The notes under the pieces were generated by a model, which saw only the letters and a list, made by a program, of their open reading frames with translations, was not told where the DNA came from and searched no databases. Positions 35,801 through 49,131 of a stretch of DNA of 64,000 bases are shown here, piece after piece. The position numbers and the translations under genes are program-made. Location: assembly GCA_051294905.1 (NCBI GenBank), contig CM119372.1, positions 32,490,001 to 32,554,000 of the forward strand, written 5' to 3'. This DNA is from Botryllus schlosseri. Lineage: Eukaryota. Within the stretch, counting starts at the first letter, position 1. The number at the start of each line of letters is the position of its first letter.

Positions 35801-38800
35801 GTCGAACTTGCCGGCCTTATTGGGCAAAGATGCTATTGATATTTGATACGGATCAGAAAATAAGGAAAGCCGAATTCCTAACTTTCCATTATCATTATGA
35901 CATATTTGTAAATAAAAAATTAATAATGAAACTACAAATTGAAGCAGTATTCTAAATTGTATTCATTTATCGTGATACAGGAAAGATTTCACTCAGTCGT
36001 TATGACAATCTCTCTCATAAAGGTGATAGAAACACATCCCAAAACCACTTTGTACTTTTCGAAAAATATGAAAAAAGCAATTAGTTTTGCCTAAATCACT
36101 TCTAAGTCGAAGTGGATGTAGTCACAAAATATAACCATTTGATTAATTATGTGCAAGTAGACAAACCTTATTGGGTACTCCGAAAATGTAGTACGTCGTT
36201 GCTATTCACGTCTGCATAGCCTACATAGCTAGACGTAATACATTGCATACATTTTGTCGACCTTAATGCAATATAATTCCGTTATTTCAGAAAAAAGACA
36301 AAAATGGCATAACAGTGTCAGGAGGAATTAACCAGGTATAAAATAAAATTATTCCTTGCTCCTAAATTTCTACCGTCAATACGAACGGTTCGAAGTAGCG
36401 GCTTATGATATCCAACGGCCATACAGTATATTGTCAGTTTGTAAATCTGACTCATGTATACAGGACGTTGGAAGAAACGGCAACGTCCAGGCAGATGGGG
36501 TAAGTGGATTGTCGCTTTTGATCGAATAGTCTACATTTGAGGTGAACAAACCGTGACCCCGGGGAAGGTTACAAGTAGCCCAAGCGGTATTTCTCGCAAT
36601 GACTTATTTTATCATCTTAATCGCCTACATAATTCATGGCGAACTTACATTTCGATAAATTGGCTTTTCTTTTCACGCTATGTCTTTTACTATATAGAAG
36701 TGGTTTTATATATGCTCAATATAATTTTATTGCATCACAATGCTAAATTTTACGCATCGTACTTCCATATTGCTATGTCCACATCAATTCTAATCAATCG
36801 CACTCGTGCTGGAAGAGTCAGTCACAGTCAGCTAGCAATTTTCTTACTTACGTCATTGATGTCCATCTGATATTAGAGATTCGGGCAAAACGCAGTTAGC
36901 AGTGGAATATCTTCCCCAAATTTGGACGTGTGACCTCTTTTGTTGGATGTTTGACAGTGTGGCAATTTGCCAGATGCAATTGTAAAATACCCACTTATGT
37001 AGTTGATGATCCACGTTACAACAACTGCTTAACTATTTAAAGATTAAGCACACCCGACCGCCGAGGCTGCGAGACATACAAAACTAACTTACAGCACGAT
37101 CCATCACAACAAGGGTTGTACCTAAGTCACAAGGTTACGAGTCACAAGTCAATCTCACTTTTATAGTTTTGACTCGAGTCGAGCCAAATCAAGTCATTTT
37201 CAATTCATCGCCGAGTCAAGTCCAAATCCAAGGCAAAGAGTAGTAGAGGGTCGAGTATGAGTCTTAGCGTTGTGACTCGAGTCCTAGTCCAAGTCATTGT
37301 GTTCACTGTACAGTTTTCAGTTCAATCCGGTTCATTCCATTTTTTACAATTCTGCTCGAGCGATATAGAATGGCTCGCATTCAAAATATCGTAATTTTCC
37401 TCAGTCCTAACAGTTTCTGGCCCTATTTGCCAAGTATCAGGACAGATACATCAAATACCAATCATTCGGTAACTTTACTATTCTTCGAAGTTACAATGAA
37501 ATGTCTGTTTTGGCCGCCGTAGTCTCGATTCATATGGCTTGGGTAGACTCCTGCACAAAGGGTCAAGTAAAGCTTGAGTCAATACACAAATTGACTCGAG
37601 TCGAGTAATTTTACGCCTTGAAAAAATTGACTCGAGTAAAGTTGAGTCACCAAAAAATCGTAATAGGAAAAAAGTGAAAACTGCTAAACATTGTCGATTA
37701 TACAGTTGAAGTTTGGTACATGCCAACATTTTCAACCCGCGATTAAAATATACTACGATCATTGTTTTCATTCTATTATCATTGTCTCCATTACAGACCT
37801 ACCATCATCCCAGTGGAGCTTACGACGCCAACGTCGGATATCGGCATGTAGGTATTGAGAGTTGACTGATATGGCGAATGCTATTGATACTTGAGATATT
37901 TGTTTCCAGAACATACCAGGAGGTCACATACGCGCAGGGGCGGTGAGTATTCGCTGAAATCTAGATTCATTGTTTAGGCGGTTCATAGTGTATTTTGAGA
38001 TGAGAGCTGTCGTAGCAATATAAATCCTAAAATGTTTCTTGAGTCGTTTGCTTGCTTTATCGCTAATTATATAATCTTAAGTCATAGTAGATGCACTCAC
38101 ATGATCGATATCTAATTGAATAGCGGTCCTTTCCGATTTTGATAATATCGATGGGTTATAATTTTCATCTGAACAAGTCACACACAATGTACAATGCGAT
38201 AAGACACAGCTATCATCTGAACCAGTCGCACACAATGTACAATGCGATAAGACACAGCTAGCCTAATAATGAGGCAATTTGGTTACTTTAGTTCTAGTAT
38301 ACAACCATTATTTTAGTTAATTTTAGATAATTAATGAGTTGAATTGCCGACGATACTTGCGAAATCTATCGACGATCGTGTTTCTAGTCTCATGAAGAGG
38401 AAGTAGCCTGTAAGAATTCCTGCGTCCGGCCATGGATAATTTAAGCAGACTGCCACGGTCGGTCAGTCCGGGTGGAAATAATTTTATGGCTCAAGTAAAT
38501 TTAGGGCTTAACGCTAAACCGACTAATTATTTCCTATCATTATGTTGTGATGAAGGATGTGGTTTGCATGCAGTAGGCTACTCGTCTTTATCCGGCCTAA
38601 GGGATAGTGGTAATTAATAGGTTATATAGTTTGTATCTATTTTCATTCATTGTTTCACTGTTTTTCTTCGAACTTAGGAATACAATAGTTTCTCTGTGAT
38701 ATTGAAAGAATATCAGAAACATTTCATCAACGTCTCTATTGGGGTCGGTGCATTTCACTAAATTCGGTTACTGGCCGTCTGAATTAGGTTCAAATTTTGA

Positions 38801-39325
38801 CGAACATATGGAATTGCAGTGTGATATTTTCTGAAAAGTACAGCAGAATGGTGAGAATTGGCTTACGAAATAAAGCAAGTTCTATCACACTGACTGTACC
38901 TTGATTATACCCGGTGCTGCCAATGCGTATAATTCCTATTATTTGCCATCCGATATCCACCATCTGGTGGATATGACTATTTCCATCACAAGAATGATGC
39001 ATATTTATCAAATCAATAGGCCTACCTATGCTTAGCTGACAATAATGCGAGAGGACTAGATATCTGTCTTGGAAAAATTTAGCAGCACTGTAGGAGGATG
39101 TAATGCGGAGGCAACTCCTGCAATAAGCGCCGGTGAAACTAACAAAAATACTGGATAATTGGTGTGCAATTTATTACTTACCAGATCTTCCTGGTAGCTG
39201 TGTTTCCTTGTGGTTTGTGTGGGCTGATCAGGACGTCCTTTTTGCAGGGAGTTTCCCGTGATCGATGGGGTCAAAGAGACCAGCGTATCAGCATCGGTAT
39301 CTCCAGACGTTGGGGACGGAAATAG
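32858..39325 (+). CDS. Gene C: 10-exon secreted precursor (about 212 aa), divergent paralog with a shorter mature peptide and W-G-R-K amidation signal
   Basis: Exons 32858-32990, 33114-33217, 33532-33591, 35103-35150, 35215-35265, 36291-36335, 36464-36499, 37797-37847, 37910-37942, 39248-39325; introns GT..AG. Protein: MKVLFITLTIVAIGTIDA-ATISLNHCEVAKLIIAYSGICSMNSSDPCEDYCTGEIIETEIDCSIRDECCWTGEECIMKEIPEPSYEDITPEEDSNSEMQDQATVAPMEENMPEETTLKRSKR-RAGGGFEADVKKDKNGITVSGGINQDVGRNGNVQADGTYHHPSGAYDANVGYRHNIPGGHIRAGAGVSRDRWGQRDQRISIGISRRWGRK*. AATAAA at 39386. Cys spacing and the 104/51/45/36/51/33-nt exon sizes match genes A and B. Confidence 0.8.
33780..34154 (+). mobile_element. TAGGGTTACCAT MITE in intron 3 of gene C
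   Basis: TAGGGTTACCATA...TATGGTAAGCCTA flanked by an ATTGATATG direct repeat. Absent at the paralogous site in gene D. Confidence 0.85.
34553..35090. mobile_element. Old degenerate relative of the CAGAGGTGGTCA element, shared by genes C and D (about 59223-59785)
   Basis: cagagacggtcaa...actactttgatcacctatg with tacttgagta motifs. Present in both duplicated blocks. Confidence 0.45.
37110..37650. mobile_element. GACTCGAGTC-motif hAT-type MITE, degenerate
   Basis: Aligns with 50844-51334 (gagtcacaagtcaatctcactttt...gactcgagtc). Confidence 0.6.
38165..38260. repeat. 48-bp tandem duplication in the last intron of gene C
   Basis: tcatctgaacaagtcacacacaatgtacaatgcgataagacacagcta twice, with 2 mismatches. 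Confidence 0.85.
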
Positions 39326-39565
39326 CTTCTGATTCCGACAATTCATTAATGATATATACTGACGGTCTCTAACTAATTTTGCGACAATAAATTCAGATAA
39401 TGCATCTCACGATTGCTCGTTAATTCGACGATTGGAGCAAGGTAGCCTATATAGCCTATATACAGGGTTGCCATCGACATGGACCCAAAAATAAGGACAG
39501 TCGAAAAATTAGATTTGCACGAAAAAGCGTTTTTGTACATACTTTGTAGTTATACGAGCCGGGAC

Positions 39566-41569
39566 CAGTGGCGGCTCGTCCTATAGGGCAACTGGGGCAT
39601 TGCCCCACCTAAAATTCTGTTCAATAACAATTTAACCATTTATAGACGCACAGCGCTCAATATATACCGAGATCACAGCGAAACCCGCGTTCTTCTTGTG
39701 CTTTCGCTTGCAAATGCCCATACATAGAGAAGTCTCTGCGAAAATCGAATTCTCTTCTGTGTTTTCGCTTTGTGAATGCCTAGCCGGGGCTTGCCCCGGT
39801 AGCGCTCATAACAAGCTTTCACTATCTATTCTCTCAAAGCCGCGCACAATTAAGAAACGGTGATATACTCTCTCCTATTCGTAAAATGGCCGAGCAACCG
39901 GGGCATATATGCCTGTCGCCCCTAAGGTGTGATGTAACAATCGTATCTATATCTGAACTCGGATACCGTGATATGCGTTGAGTCGACCTTTGCTGGTATA
40001 GGTCGATTTTGATGGTGTTTCACACCATGATAATTCTTGAAACTTGGTATGTCATGTCGTGATGGTGGTATTTAACACTGTCCTAAGTTTCAGGGTTTCT
40101 ACTCAAAGTTTAGGGTAGTAATTCCGTTTCCAAAGTCGAGTGTGTGCTGATCCGTCATGTATCGCAAACATATTTCACGCAAAGCCGGTATTGGTCTCCA
40201 TTAATTTTAACGATGCTCCTTAGCTAGATCCGTCATGAGCTTTTACATGGTATGTCTTGATTTTAGTATCGAACGCTGTGCCAAGTCTCAAGGTTGGCAC
40301 TCAATGATTAGGGCAGCAATTTCGTTATCAAGTTCGAGGATGGTAGAGATGTGCGCTGATCTGACACTTAGCCTACCTAACGCATTGCGGATTTCACGCA
40401 AAAGCCGGTGTATCTGTGTTCCATACTGAGATAGGTGATGAGATGATGATATCATGAAACAGTTTACTAACATCCTCGGTTTGCATTCAAATATTTAGTT
40501 TTATTTTATATTCTCCAATGTCAATTTCACCGTGGAATGGTGGCCTTCGGACCATTTGCTCACAATTACAACCCATGTCAAGCGCAATAGCTGTTTCGTT
40601 TTCGATGGCGGCTAACAGCTTATCGCTTGATCAGCCTATTCCTCAGTAAATTTTACGCAAAATTCGGCGTTGATCAATTCGTATTAATTTTGACAGTGTA
40701 CCATACCGAAAACGGTCATGAGGCTACTTCTCGATGATTTCATGTAACAGTGTACCAAGTTTTCGGCTTTCATCCACGTATTTATTCGGTAATATATTTT
40801 CCGAAGGCGATTTTGCAGCAGACATATAGACAGTAGACACTATAGACCGTAAGCCGTATGTGTCGTGTGACAATCTCCAGCCTCAAGGTCAAAATCTCCC
40901 AAGCTGTACCGGGACCGAATTTCCGAGGCTGCTATCCGTAGTTCTTCAGAATGATGTTTTGGATTCAATATGACATTTCCTTGTCCAATCTATGAGATAA
41001 CAATTGCGTATGTGTCCGAACTCGTTGACCTTTCCAGTAAGGCATACGCAATCTCTCGATTTATAGTCATTTCCATTTCTGCAGATAAGTAGTCAGGTCA
41101 AGTGCGAACATGAATCGTGTTGAATCTTTGCTCCGTACGCCGTTTAGCCAGCTGCCTTTAGAGCGAAAATTAGAGGTAAAGCGACTAGGTCCGTATCAGC
41201 CTAGAAATTGCCCATTGGTCCAATCGTACGCCGGAGGAAAACGCACTCGTGCCTTTTCTTCAGCGCATTTCGATAAAAATGAATGGCTTACTTATAGCGA
41301 GGATAAAAACGCCTTGTTTTGCTTTTACTGTCTTTTATTCGACAGTGCCGGTACCGGAAGCGGTGGCTCTTGTTGGAACAAAATTGGTTATCGCGATCTG
41401 AAGCATTTGTCAGAGCGTGTGAAAGCGCATCAAAAATCCCAAAATCATTGTTTACGGGAAATTCATGTGACCATCATGAACGTTGAAAAACGCTACTGTG
41501 ACGTCATATTGATAACAAGTCGCTTGCGGCCCTTGCCCCACCACCCGATATTGTCACGAGCCGCCACTG
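39566..41569 (+). mobile_element. Internally deleted hAT (Tip100-like) element nested in the above
   Basis: CAGTGGCGGCTCGT...ACGAGCCGCCACTG with perfect TSD GCCGGGAC. Confidence 0.85.
41110..41460 (+). pseudogene. N-terminal fragment of hAT transposase (TTF-type zinc finger, ZMYM1-like)
   Basis: WLTYSEDKNALFCFYCLLF...WNKIGYRDLKHLSERVKAHQKSQNH motif. The reading frame runs into the right TIR, so the catalytic core is deleted. Confidence 0.75.
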
Positions 41570-41759
41570 GCCGGGACATATCACATTCCATACTTTTCGC
41601 CAGAAACAATCTGCTACAGCAACTCCTTTTTATTAGATAGTGCTTCATGGATCTCAGCTCAGATCTAGGTTTACCTCTACTCAGGGACGAAAGTCAGCCC
41701 CCCCCCCCTTGAAAAAAACGCTGGTCGTGGGCCTCCCCATAGGGTGATGAACCAAACTT

Positions 41760-42267
41760 TCCCTCGTTGTGATTAGAGGCGTCAATCAAGATGGAGAAAG
41801 GCCGTACACCAAGTTTAGACAAAATCATTTTTTGAGCGTATGGAGCAAGAACTCCAGTAACAATGCTTGGAGTCTTGGTCCAGGTCGAAGAAAACGTATT
41901 TGCGATGTTGGAATCGGGGAATATTGCCTTGAACAATTGCGATGTGCAATCGTTGGTGAGGAATGATTGCTGGTGTTTGACAGTATGCCCGGGTACCCTC
42001 TGCAGCAGCTGCATTGTCGTCTGTGGTGGTTGGTGCTGATCGACTTGTGGAAAAATTATTCATCGACTGGCTCAAATTAATCATTATGACACACTTCTTG
42101 TGTTTTGGGGTATCAATGTGAGTTGAAATAGCAGTATTTCCTATGGCCTCTAGGTTAATGTCACAATTGCAGATATTGCAATGTGCGAAACACGGCCGTT
42201 CAAGTTTCTTTATACCTTTGAATTCTCTCTCATAATCGTGACGAAAAACGTTTTTACGCCTGCTCAT
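41760..42267 (-). pseudogene. Frameshifted hAT transposase remnant (zinc finger plus start of the catalytic domain)
   Basis: AHCNICNCDINLEAIGNTAISTHIDTPKHKK, then in another frame LFKAIFPDSNIA...IVTGVLAPY...PFSILIDASNH. Confidence 0.75.
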
Positions 42268-42373
42268 TTTAACTAACTAGATTTAGCCTTATTAGTAGCT
42301 AAAACTATATGCGCAAGTGCAATTTAATTTAGATAAATTTATCAATGATTTATAGCTTTACTACTGTTTAACC

Positions 42374-43562
42374 CGGGGGTGGGCAATTAATTTCCTCCGC
42401 GGGCCAAATGAGAAGTAAAGTAAACGTTGGCGGGCCGAATGAAATTTTTTAGCTATATTGTCTGGCGTGTTTTAATTTTATTTCTAAATTACATTGTTAA
42501 TAAATGCTGCTCAGCGAATGTGTTGATGTTAGATAATGTGTAAGTGACGGTTATTTGAAGAAATATCTATTTGCCATCATGATTCGAAACAATGTTAAAC
42601 ATGATGCATTTCTAACATTTTTACACCCCTATTCACGTTCTATTAGGACTCTAAAACAGTGGTTCTAAGACTTTTTTAGGCACGCCTCCCTTCATGACAG
42701 TGAAAATCGTCGCGCTCCTTATCATGATATAACAACATATTAAAAGGTGCAACCAGAATGCTAGCAATCCCAACGGATAGTTGGATGGCAGGGAAGGTTA
42801 TGGCTGTTGATGAGGGAATTCTGAAATATAAGATTCGGACAAAAGACGGAGCACCAAGTATAAGCTTGAGGTAGATCGCGCGAAGCGCGAAAAAAAAATC
42901 AATTGAAGTGCGGCTTCGCGCCCCCTTCAGATGCGTTCACGCCCCCACTTCTAGAACCACTGCACCGAAATGTATATGCGATAGTACAAAGCTTATTGTC
43001 TTGGTCGCTGCCTTACGAGCAGTGTGCAGCTTAAATATAGCCTTGATGTTGAGCGAATAGTGCAGTTTATCTGAAATTCGCCTTACCTTTACCGAGTGTT
43101 TCGTGCTTTTGTCATGAGACAAACATGAATTAAAATCTTTAATCAAAGCGACATAACCTGCAAAAATTAAAAGGACGGGTTTCCCCTATATCCAGTATAC
43201 AAATATTTAGTGCTCTAAACATTTTGAAACAGATAGCGTATAATGTAAAATGTGACAATGACAACAAAGAAGGTTTGAACTAAATTATATGGAAAGAGCG
43301 ATTTCTTTTGACTTTAATTGCTACTCATACTCATCAATTGTCGCATTGCCTTTATTTTGAATCTGGATCACGGTTGCGAGGTACGTAGCCAGCGTAATCG
43401 TGTCATATTACTGAACAGGCTTCAAATTAACCGAATTTCCCGTTCAGTTGATACAGTCTATGGTTTGAATCATTCAAAAAGCAAGTTTTATGTTTTTAAT
43501 CCAAAATAACCTTTCGCTGGCCGCACAGAATAGCTTCGCGGGCCGCACTTTGCCCAGGTCTG
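42374..43562. mobile_element. hAT-type MITE with a nested CAGTGGTTCT MITE (42657-42962)
   Basis: CGGGGGTGGGCAA...TTGCCCAGGTCTG, perfect TSD GTTTAACC. The inner element CAGTGGTTCTA...TAGAACCACTG is homologous to 47792-48082 and 48649-48975. Confidence 0.75.
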
Positions 43563-45591
43563 GTTTAACCAATGTGTCGACCCCACTGCGCCTTTTTTCA
43601 CTACGCAATAAATGCTGCCTTCCCCACAGCTTGAGCTTATTCTGCAGTAGACCAAACAGAAGGAACCTGGTACTGCTGCTTACTGCTAAAATGACGTCCG
43701 CTGCGGTAGCTTGGTACAGACGAAACTGCTATACCACCACTCACTGCCCAAGCTAACTCACCACCTAGAAGTCAAATCTTGTGGTGTGTAAGTCACGAGA
43801 GTTCCTATCATTTATGATGTCATAAAATCTCGACGCAAAAGCATAATTTTATAATATTATGCAACACAGATACCAGAGGAAAACGATCGAAGTTCAGTAG
43901 TGGTTGAAAATAAGACAAAATAAGGACGCAAGTCGAAAATAAGGACATTTCTTACAAATAAGGACAGTTGAGTTTTCTAAGACGTGGCCCTTCAAAATAA
44001 GGACAAATCTTAGAAATAAGGACGGTATGGCAACCCTGGGTATAGTGTATCTCAGTCGATGGGCGATGCTTTGCTAGTGTGACGTCATATTGACGGACAA
44101 CGTGTTACACCTCATTTTAAAATCTGCTAGTGGGCGCTAAAGAGTGTCCGGAATTTGCTTCACAAAAATATGGTAACCCTAAATTGGACCTTATCGTTAT
44201 AACGCCGAGGTTCGCGTATAGGCATCGAAAGTGTTTGTATAATTAAAGCCCTGCGGATCGCACGCCTGCGGCTATTGTTCGTTCGATTATTTTCGCCTTG
44301 GGATTAACGTATATGCTATTAAGCTGTTACGACTTCGGAACGCGCCCATGCGAGTGATTTGTTTCCGTAGCTCCGAACTTGAGAATCGCTTGCCTGCGTC
44401 TAATGAAAATAAGTCGTAAAATGTGGAGCCTGCAGAGACCGTATCTTGTATACATAAAATCAAGTTTACTAATATGGACGGATGAGTTATCTCTGATCAA
44501 TAGAGTAATATAACCGCATATAGTTTAGTGGGCTATATTGCTATAATGTATATCCAAACAATCGTTGCAGACTCTGAATGTTACCAAGGTCCTTATCACA
44601 AAAAATCATGCATCAGAAGCGTAGGGATTAATATTATCAAGTCGCAGCGCTCAAAATCGCATTTTATATTAATTAATTAGTGATGATGTGTAGAATTTTG
44701 GTATATCATCATAAAACCACACTTAGTTCAGTGTTGTTCATATTATCCATGAGAATACAAAGTCCTGAATACACATGATAATAATATTATCGAATATAGC
44801 CTTGCATAGACATCATAGTTTTTGGTTATCACGACAATAACTGGTTTCCGTTAGCGAAGTGTTATTGCAGATGTAAATACGCACATAGATCAATTGAATT
44901 CAAATTCACATTCACAAAAATGCTATAGCGGAGACGTCTGGAGAATGCGTTTAGGACAGTTCGATGTCACTCGAACATTTCATCTCCAACTCGACGTAAG
45001 GTTATCTCTGCTTTCGTATTTACCTTAAAGCATGAGCCGTCGAGTTCGTACATGATAAAATTCCTGGTCAAGGAATATGCTTCTGATATAATTTCATCCT
45101 TTTCTTCAGAGATCGAAGGTGATACTCGTGATAATTCCACGGTTTGAGGAGAATATAGCGAGTCAGAGCTTATTTCGAGATCTAAGCTACTTTGAAAATG
45201 AGGATCCTAGGATTTGCTTAAGTTTCATCTATATCGTACAATGCGTTTTCGCGGTCCAGAATGACTTATGGCGATGAAAATAGCAAAAATGGTCTCTCAA
45301 GCATTGACCATGGTTTTGTTTTTGAAAGATGTTGCGATGTCGGTATAATATTTTCTAAAACTCAAACTAGGACGAAATCATGAATGTGTAGGACTTTTGA
45401 TAAACATATATTGTGCGCATACAACTTTATTACAAGAACTATGATATTCCTGTACTTGCACGAATTACAAATGCGGTATCGTAAATTACTATATACTACA
45501 CAAAATCCGGAGTGTAAAAGTTTTAGTACAATTGAGAAAAAGTACTCGATACGCTATATTTTAATCTAAAAATATTAATCCCCTTAAAACG

Positions 45592-45674
45592 TACTGGGTG
45601 TGGGGTTCGAACTCACGTGAACACCTGTTCATTGAAGCTTAAGTCCAACGCCTTAACCGCTCGGCCAACCCAGT
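45592..45674 (-). tRNA. tRNA-Leu(TAA), possibly slightly degenerate
   Basis: ACTGGGTTGGCCGAGCGGTTAAGGCGTTGGACTTAAGCTTCAATGAACAGGTGTTCACGTGAGTTCGAACCCCACACCCAGTA: 7-bp acceptor stem, TAA anticodon, long variable arm, one A.C mismatch in the T stem, TTTT just downstream. Confidence 0.85.
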
Positions 45675-45770
45675 TCCACCGTAACGATATCTGAGAAACC
45701 TCTTAAATTAGGTAGAAGTAACTATTTCCATGTAAGTTTCATGAAGTCTCGATACGTTATGCTTGACTCC

Positions 45771-45815
45771 CAAAATATTACTCCCCATAAAACGTACTGG
45801 GTGTGGGGTCCGAAG
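45771..45815 (-). pseudogene. 3' fragment duplicate of the tRNA-Leu gene with its downstream flank
   Basis: aaaatattactccccataaaacgtactgggtgtggggtccgaa repeats about 45569-45611. Confidence 0.6.
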
Positions 45816-46976
45816 CCTAGACTAATAAGAGGATCGTGATTGAAAATAGATGGAGGATCACTGGATTAAAGTTTACTGAATACTCTGCAATGTAAAATTA
45901 GTATATACTATACAAGATCCGGAGTGTCAAAGTCTTTAGTGCACCGGAATAGTGTAGTTTTCTATCTACAATACGATTTTACTTGGTGCGTTCCTGGATA
46001 AATGCAATTTTTCGAGCTATTTTTTATTTTTATTTTTCAATAAAATTGGAGCTACTGCATATTATTCATCGCCTATATTTACATTCGGTATGCTAATGCG
46101 TTGAGTTTGAAGCTAAAACATCCTATTTCATGCAGCCAAGAAGAGTAGCACCGCGTAGCCGATGACGCAAGCAAGCCCGGAACTAGTTACAAGCGTATAA
46201 TGATGAGGCAGATTAGGATGAATAATTTTTTAAACTCAGATATAGCGTATCAGGACATCGTGACTTTTTTCGACTAGTTTATATTTCGAATTTTATTCAA
46301 AACTGAAACTGTTAAGAACTACTAAAAATGTTATAAAATATGAAAAAGTGTACAAGTAGAATTATTATGTCATGAATAAGAAGTTTTCTATCTACCGTAG
46401 TATTATTTTTTCGTGCTTTTTAACTATTTTATTTTTCATTAAAATTATGACATCGAAATTTGCGCACTTCGCGCTTACCTTATGTAATAGTTTTCCTTTT
46501 CTATATACTTTACTAGATTCAGTGTAGCAGTTTAGTAGATGTGTAAGAGTTTTCTATCTACCTTACGAAATTAAGTGTAGCCTACTATCTCCCAAATCGG
46601 TATGGAACAACGGTGAAATCATCACAGAGTAGAAGCGTTCGATGGTTTAATAGGTTTAGCATTCATTTTACAAATTCATATTGTCAAAAGTCTTTAATAC
46701 ATTGGAATAAGTAGTTTATTTCTACTCTATAAAATCCGATTCGGTTTATTAAAATTAGTATTATACTGGTATACTGGTAGACTTTAAATATAGCGAAAAG
46801 TAATTATGCGAGTTATAAAATGTGAAAAAGTGTACAAGTAGAATTATTATTATGTGAGGACTAAGTAGTTTCCGTCTACTTTACAAATTCGATGTAGAAG
46901 TGTCCGACTTTTTATTAAAATTAATATTTAATATACGTTATAAAAGGTAGTTTTATATCTACTCTACAATCTATAG

Positions 46977-49131
46977 CAGGGGTGGCCAAACTTTTGAGCT
47001 CGCGGGCCGCATTCAACATCAGAATCCATTCGCGGGCCGCATTATATAAAATTGGGAATTACCAAAACGCAATATTCGTATTTGATTATATAGCGAGGAC
47101 ATGGAGATGCTTATTTAACACAAACCAAGCATTGCTTTGACGATATCGTATATGCGCCAGAAAAAGTGGCGAGATTTCATTGGCTGGCCGACCTCAATAA
47201 CCAAATTTGTGTAAAGTATAGAGATGAAAGTCGGTGATCCCGATTCTTAGAACAGGACTGAAATTTAAATCTGTCAGCAGCGATCTGTTCATAGATTTGC
47301 TAATTCCACTTTTGTTTCAGTTCCAAGACACACAATGCTGACGGCATCATAAGTATGTCAGCTTTAAACACGCTTCTACTGTGTGTAGATAAAATATAAA
47401 TACCATAACTCTACGCATACAGAGAACGAATCTACCTAAGACAGGGGTCGCCAACTCAAAACGGGTCGCGGGCCACTTTTCACATTTCGTAGCGGCCGCG
47501 GGCCGCATGAATTCAATATCGATATAAACCAGGCAACCGCGTTTTAAAACTCTACGTCAGTACAACGCCGTACTACCTAACATAGGCAAAAGAAGTAATA
47601 TTCTATTAAAGGAATACAAATACAACAGAAAATTTTATCATCAATTTCATTTTATTTTGAACTCTGAGCTGTGCACGATACATGAAAACGCTTTTCAGCG
47701 ACTAAGGAATCGATATTAGGGCTAGCGAGATACGTTACTAGCTGAAAGACCACCTCCACGTAAAGCTCGATCTTTTGGGGAAGCCCTACGCCAGTGTTTC
47801 TCAAACTTTTTTAGACACGCCCCTCTTTATGATATTGAAAAATTTCGCTCTCCCCGTATCGTCATATCACAAAATGCAACCAGAATGCTAGCAACCCCAA
47901 AGGATAGTTTGATGGCATGGAAAGTTATGACTGTTGATGAGAGAATTCTACAATAAGAATTCCGGATTACACACAAAATATGAATGTCATGTAACTCGCG
48001 CCGAGCGCGGAAAAATTTTCAATTCATAGCAGCTCCGCGCCCCTTTCAGATGATTTCACGCTACTAGAGGTGCACACCACTGCACTATATGCCGTTCTCC
48101 AAGCGTCTCAGTCTTGGCAGTGTTTGGCCATTGCACGTTAAGGCAATATGCCCAGCCCATTCATATCAGCTGATTATTCTCCCTCGTTGCAATGCTGTTT
48201 CCATCGCCAAAGCCGTTTTAGCTAGTGACAAATAGTGATGCTGGGCACAGGAAAATAGCTTATTTTGAAACAACAACAACAACAATATGTTGAAACTGTT
48301 GTAAACTTCAGCATTTCAAAATGGTTTTCTTAGCTTTCTTTCAAAATCTCAAATCAAGTCGCGGGCCGCAAAATATGACCTCGTGGGCCGCATGCGGCCC
48401 GCGGGCCGCGTGTTGGTGACCCCTGACCTAAGACAAGCGCGAATCGTTTTTTATAACCACATCACTGAAAAAATATATCTGGAGTGGCCAATCTGAAATC
48501 ACACCTGTGATCCGTATTACGTCAATCTCGTATAGGATTACTGTGATTTTTAGCAGTTGAAACCTTTCAAACTGCGCGAGCTTTAATATCGGGCTGTCGC
48601 GCCAGACATTAAACATAAAAAACAATATGGGAAGTATTTACCTTAGAACAGTGGTTCTCAAACTTTGCAAGACATGCCCCCTTATGATGGTGAAAGATAT
48701 CGCGTCCCCCTATATCGTCATATCACAAAACGCAACCAAGAAGCTATCATACCTAGCGGGTAGTTTTATGACATGGAAGGCTCCGACTGTGGATGAGAGA
48801 TTTTTAAATATGAAATTGAGACTAAATACAACAAATGTGAATCGGGTGTAAATCGCATGGAGCGCGAAAATTTTTTTCAGTTGATCTCAGATTCGCACTT
48901 TTCTTCAGATGCTTTCACGCCCGCAATGGGGCGGCGCCCGCAAGGGGGCGGCGCCCCCGAGTTTGAGAACCACTTCCTTAAAAATATCATTGTGAAACAT
49001 GCAAAAAAATTTAATCAAGTCACTGCATTAATTCGATTTTGGTTAGCATTTATAAATATTTTTAATAGGTTTCTTTTGACTCTCGTGGGCCGCACAGAAC
49101 GGTGTTGCGGGCCGCAGTTTGCCCACCCCTG
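46977..49131. mobile_element. hAT MITE nest: outer 46977-49131, inner 47442-48425, innermost 47792-48082, plus 48649-48975
   Basis: Outer TSD ATCTATAG (perfect). Inner CAGGGGTCGCCAAC...GTTGGTGACCCCTG with TSD ACCTAAGA (perfect). The 48649 copy has TSD CCTTAGAA/CCTTAAAA. Confidence 0.85.

Larger units (their letters stand above)
39473..44038 (-). mobile_element. Defective hAT DNA transposon (CAGGGTTGCCAT TIRs, AATAAGGAC subterminal repeats) with nested insertions
   Basis: CAGGGTTGCCAT...ATGGCAACCCTG. AATAAGGAC repeats at both ends; transposase remnant inside; no matching TSD seen. Confidence 0.7.

Noticed and set aside
44927..45141. Exon-like segments with AG/GT boundaries
   Set aside because: No start, no paralog support and no recognisable protein in any frame.
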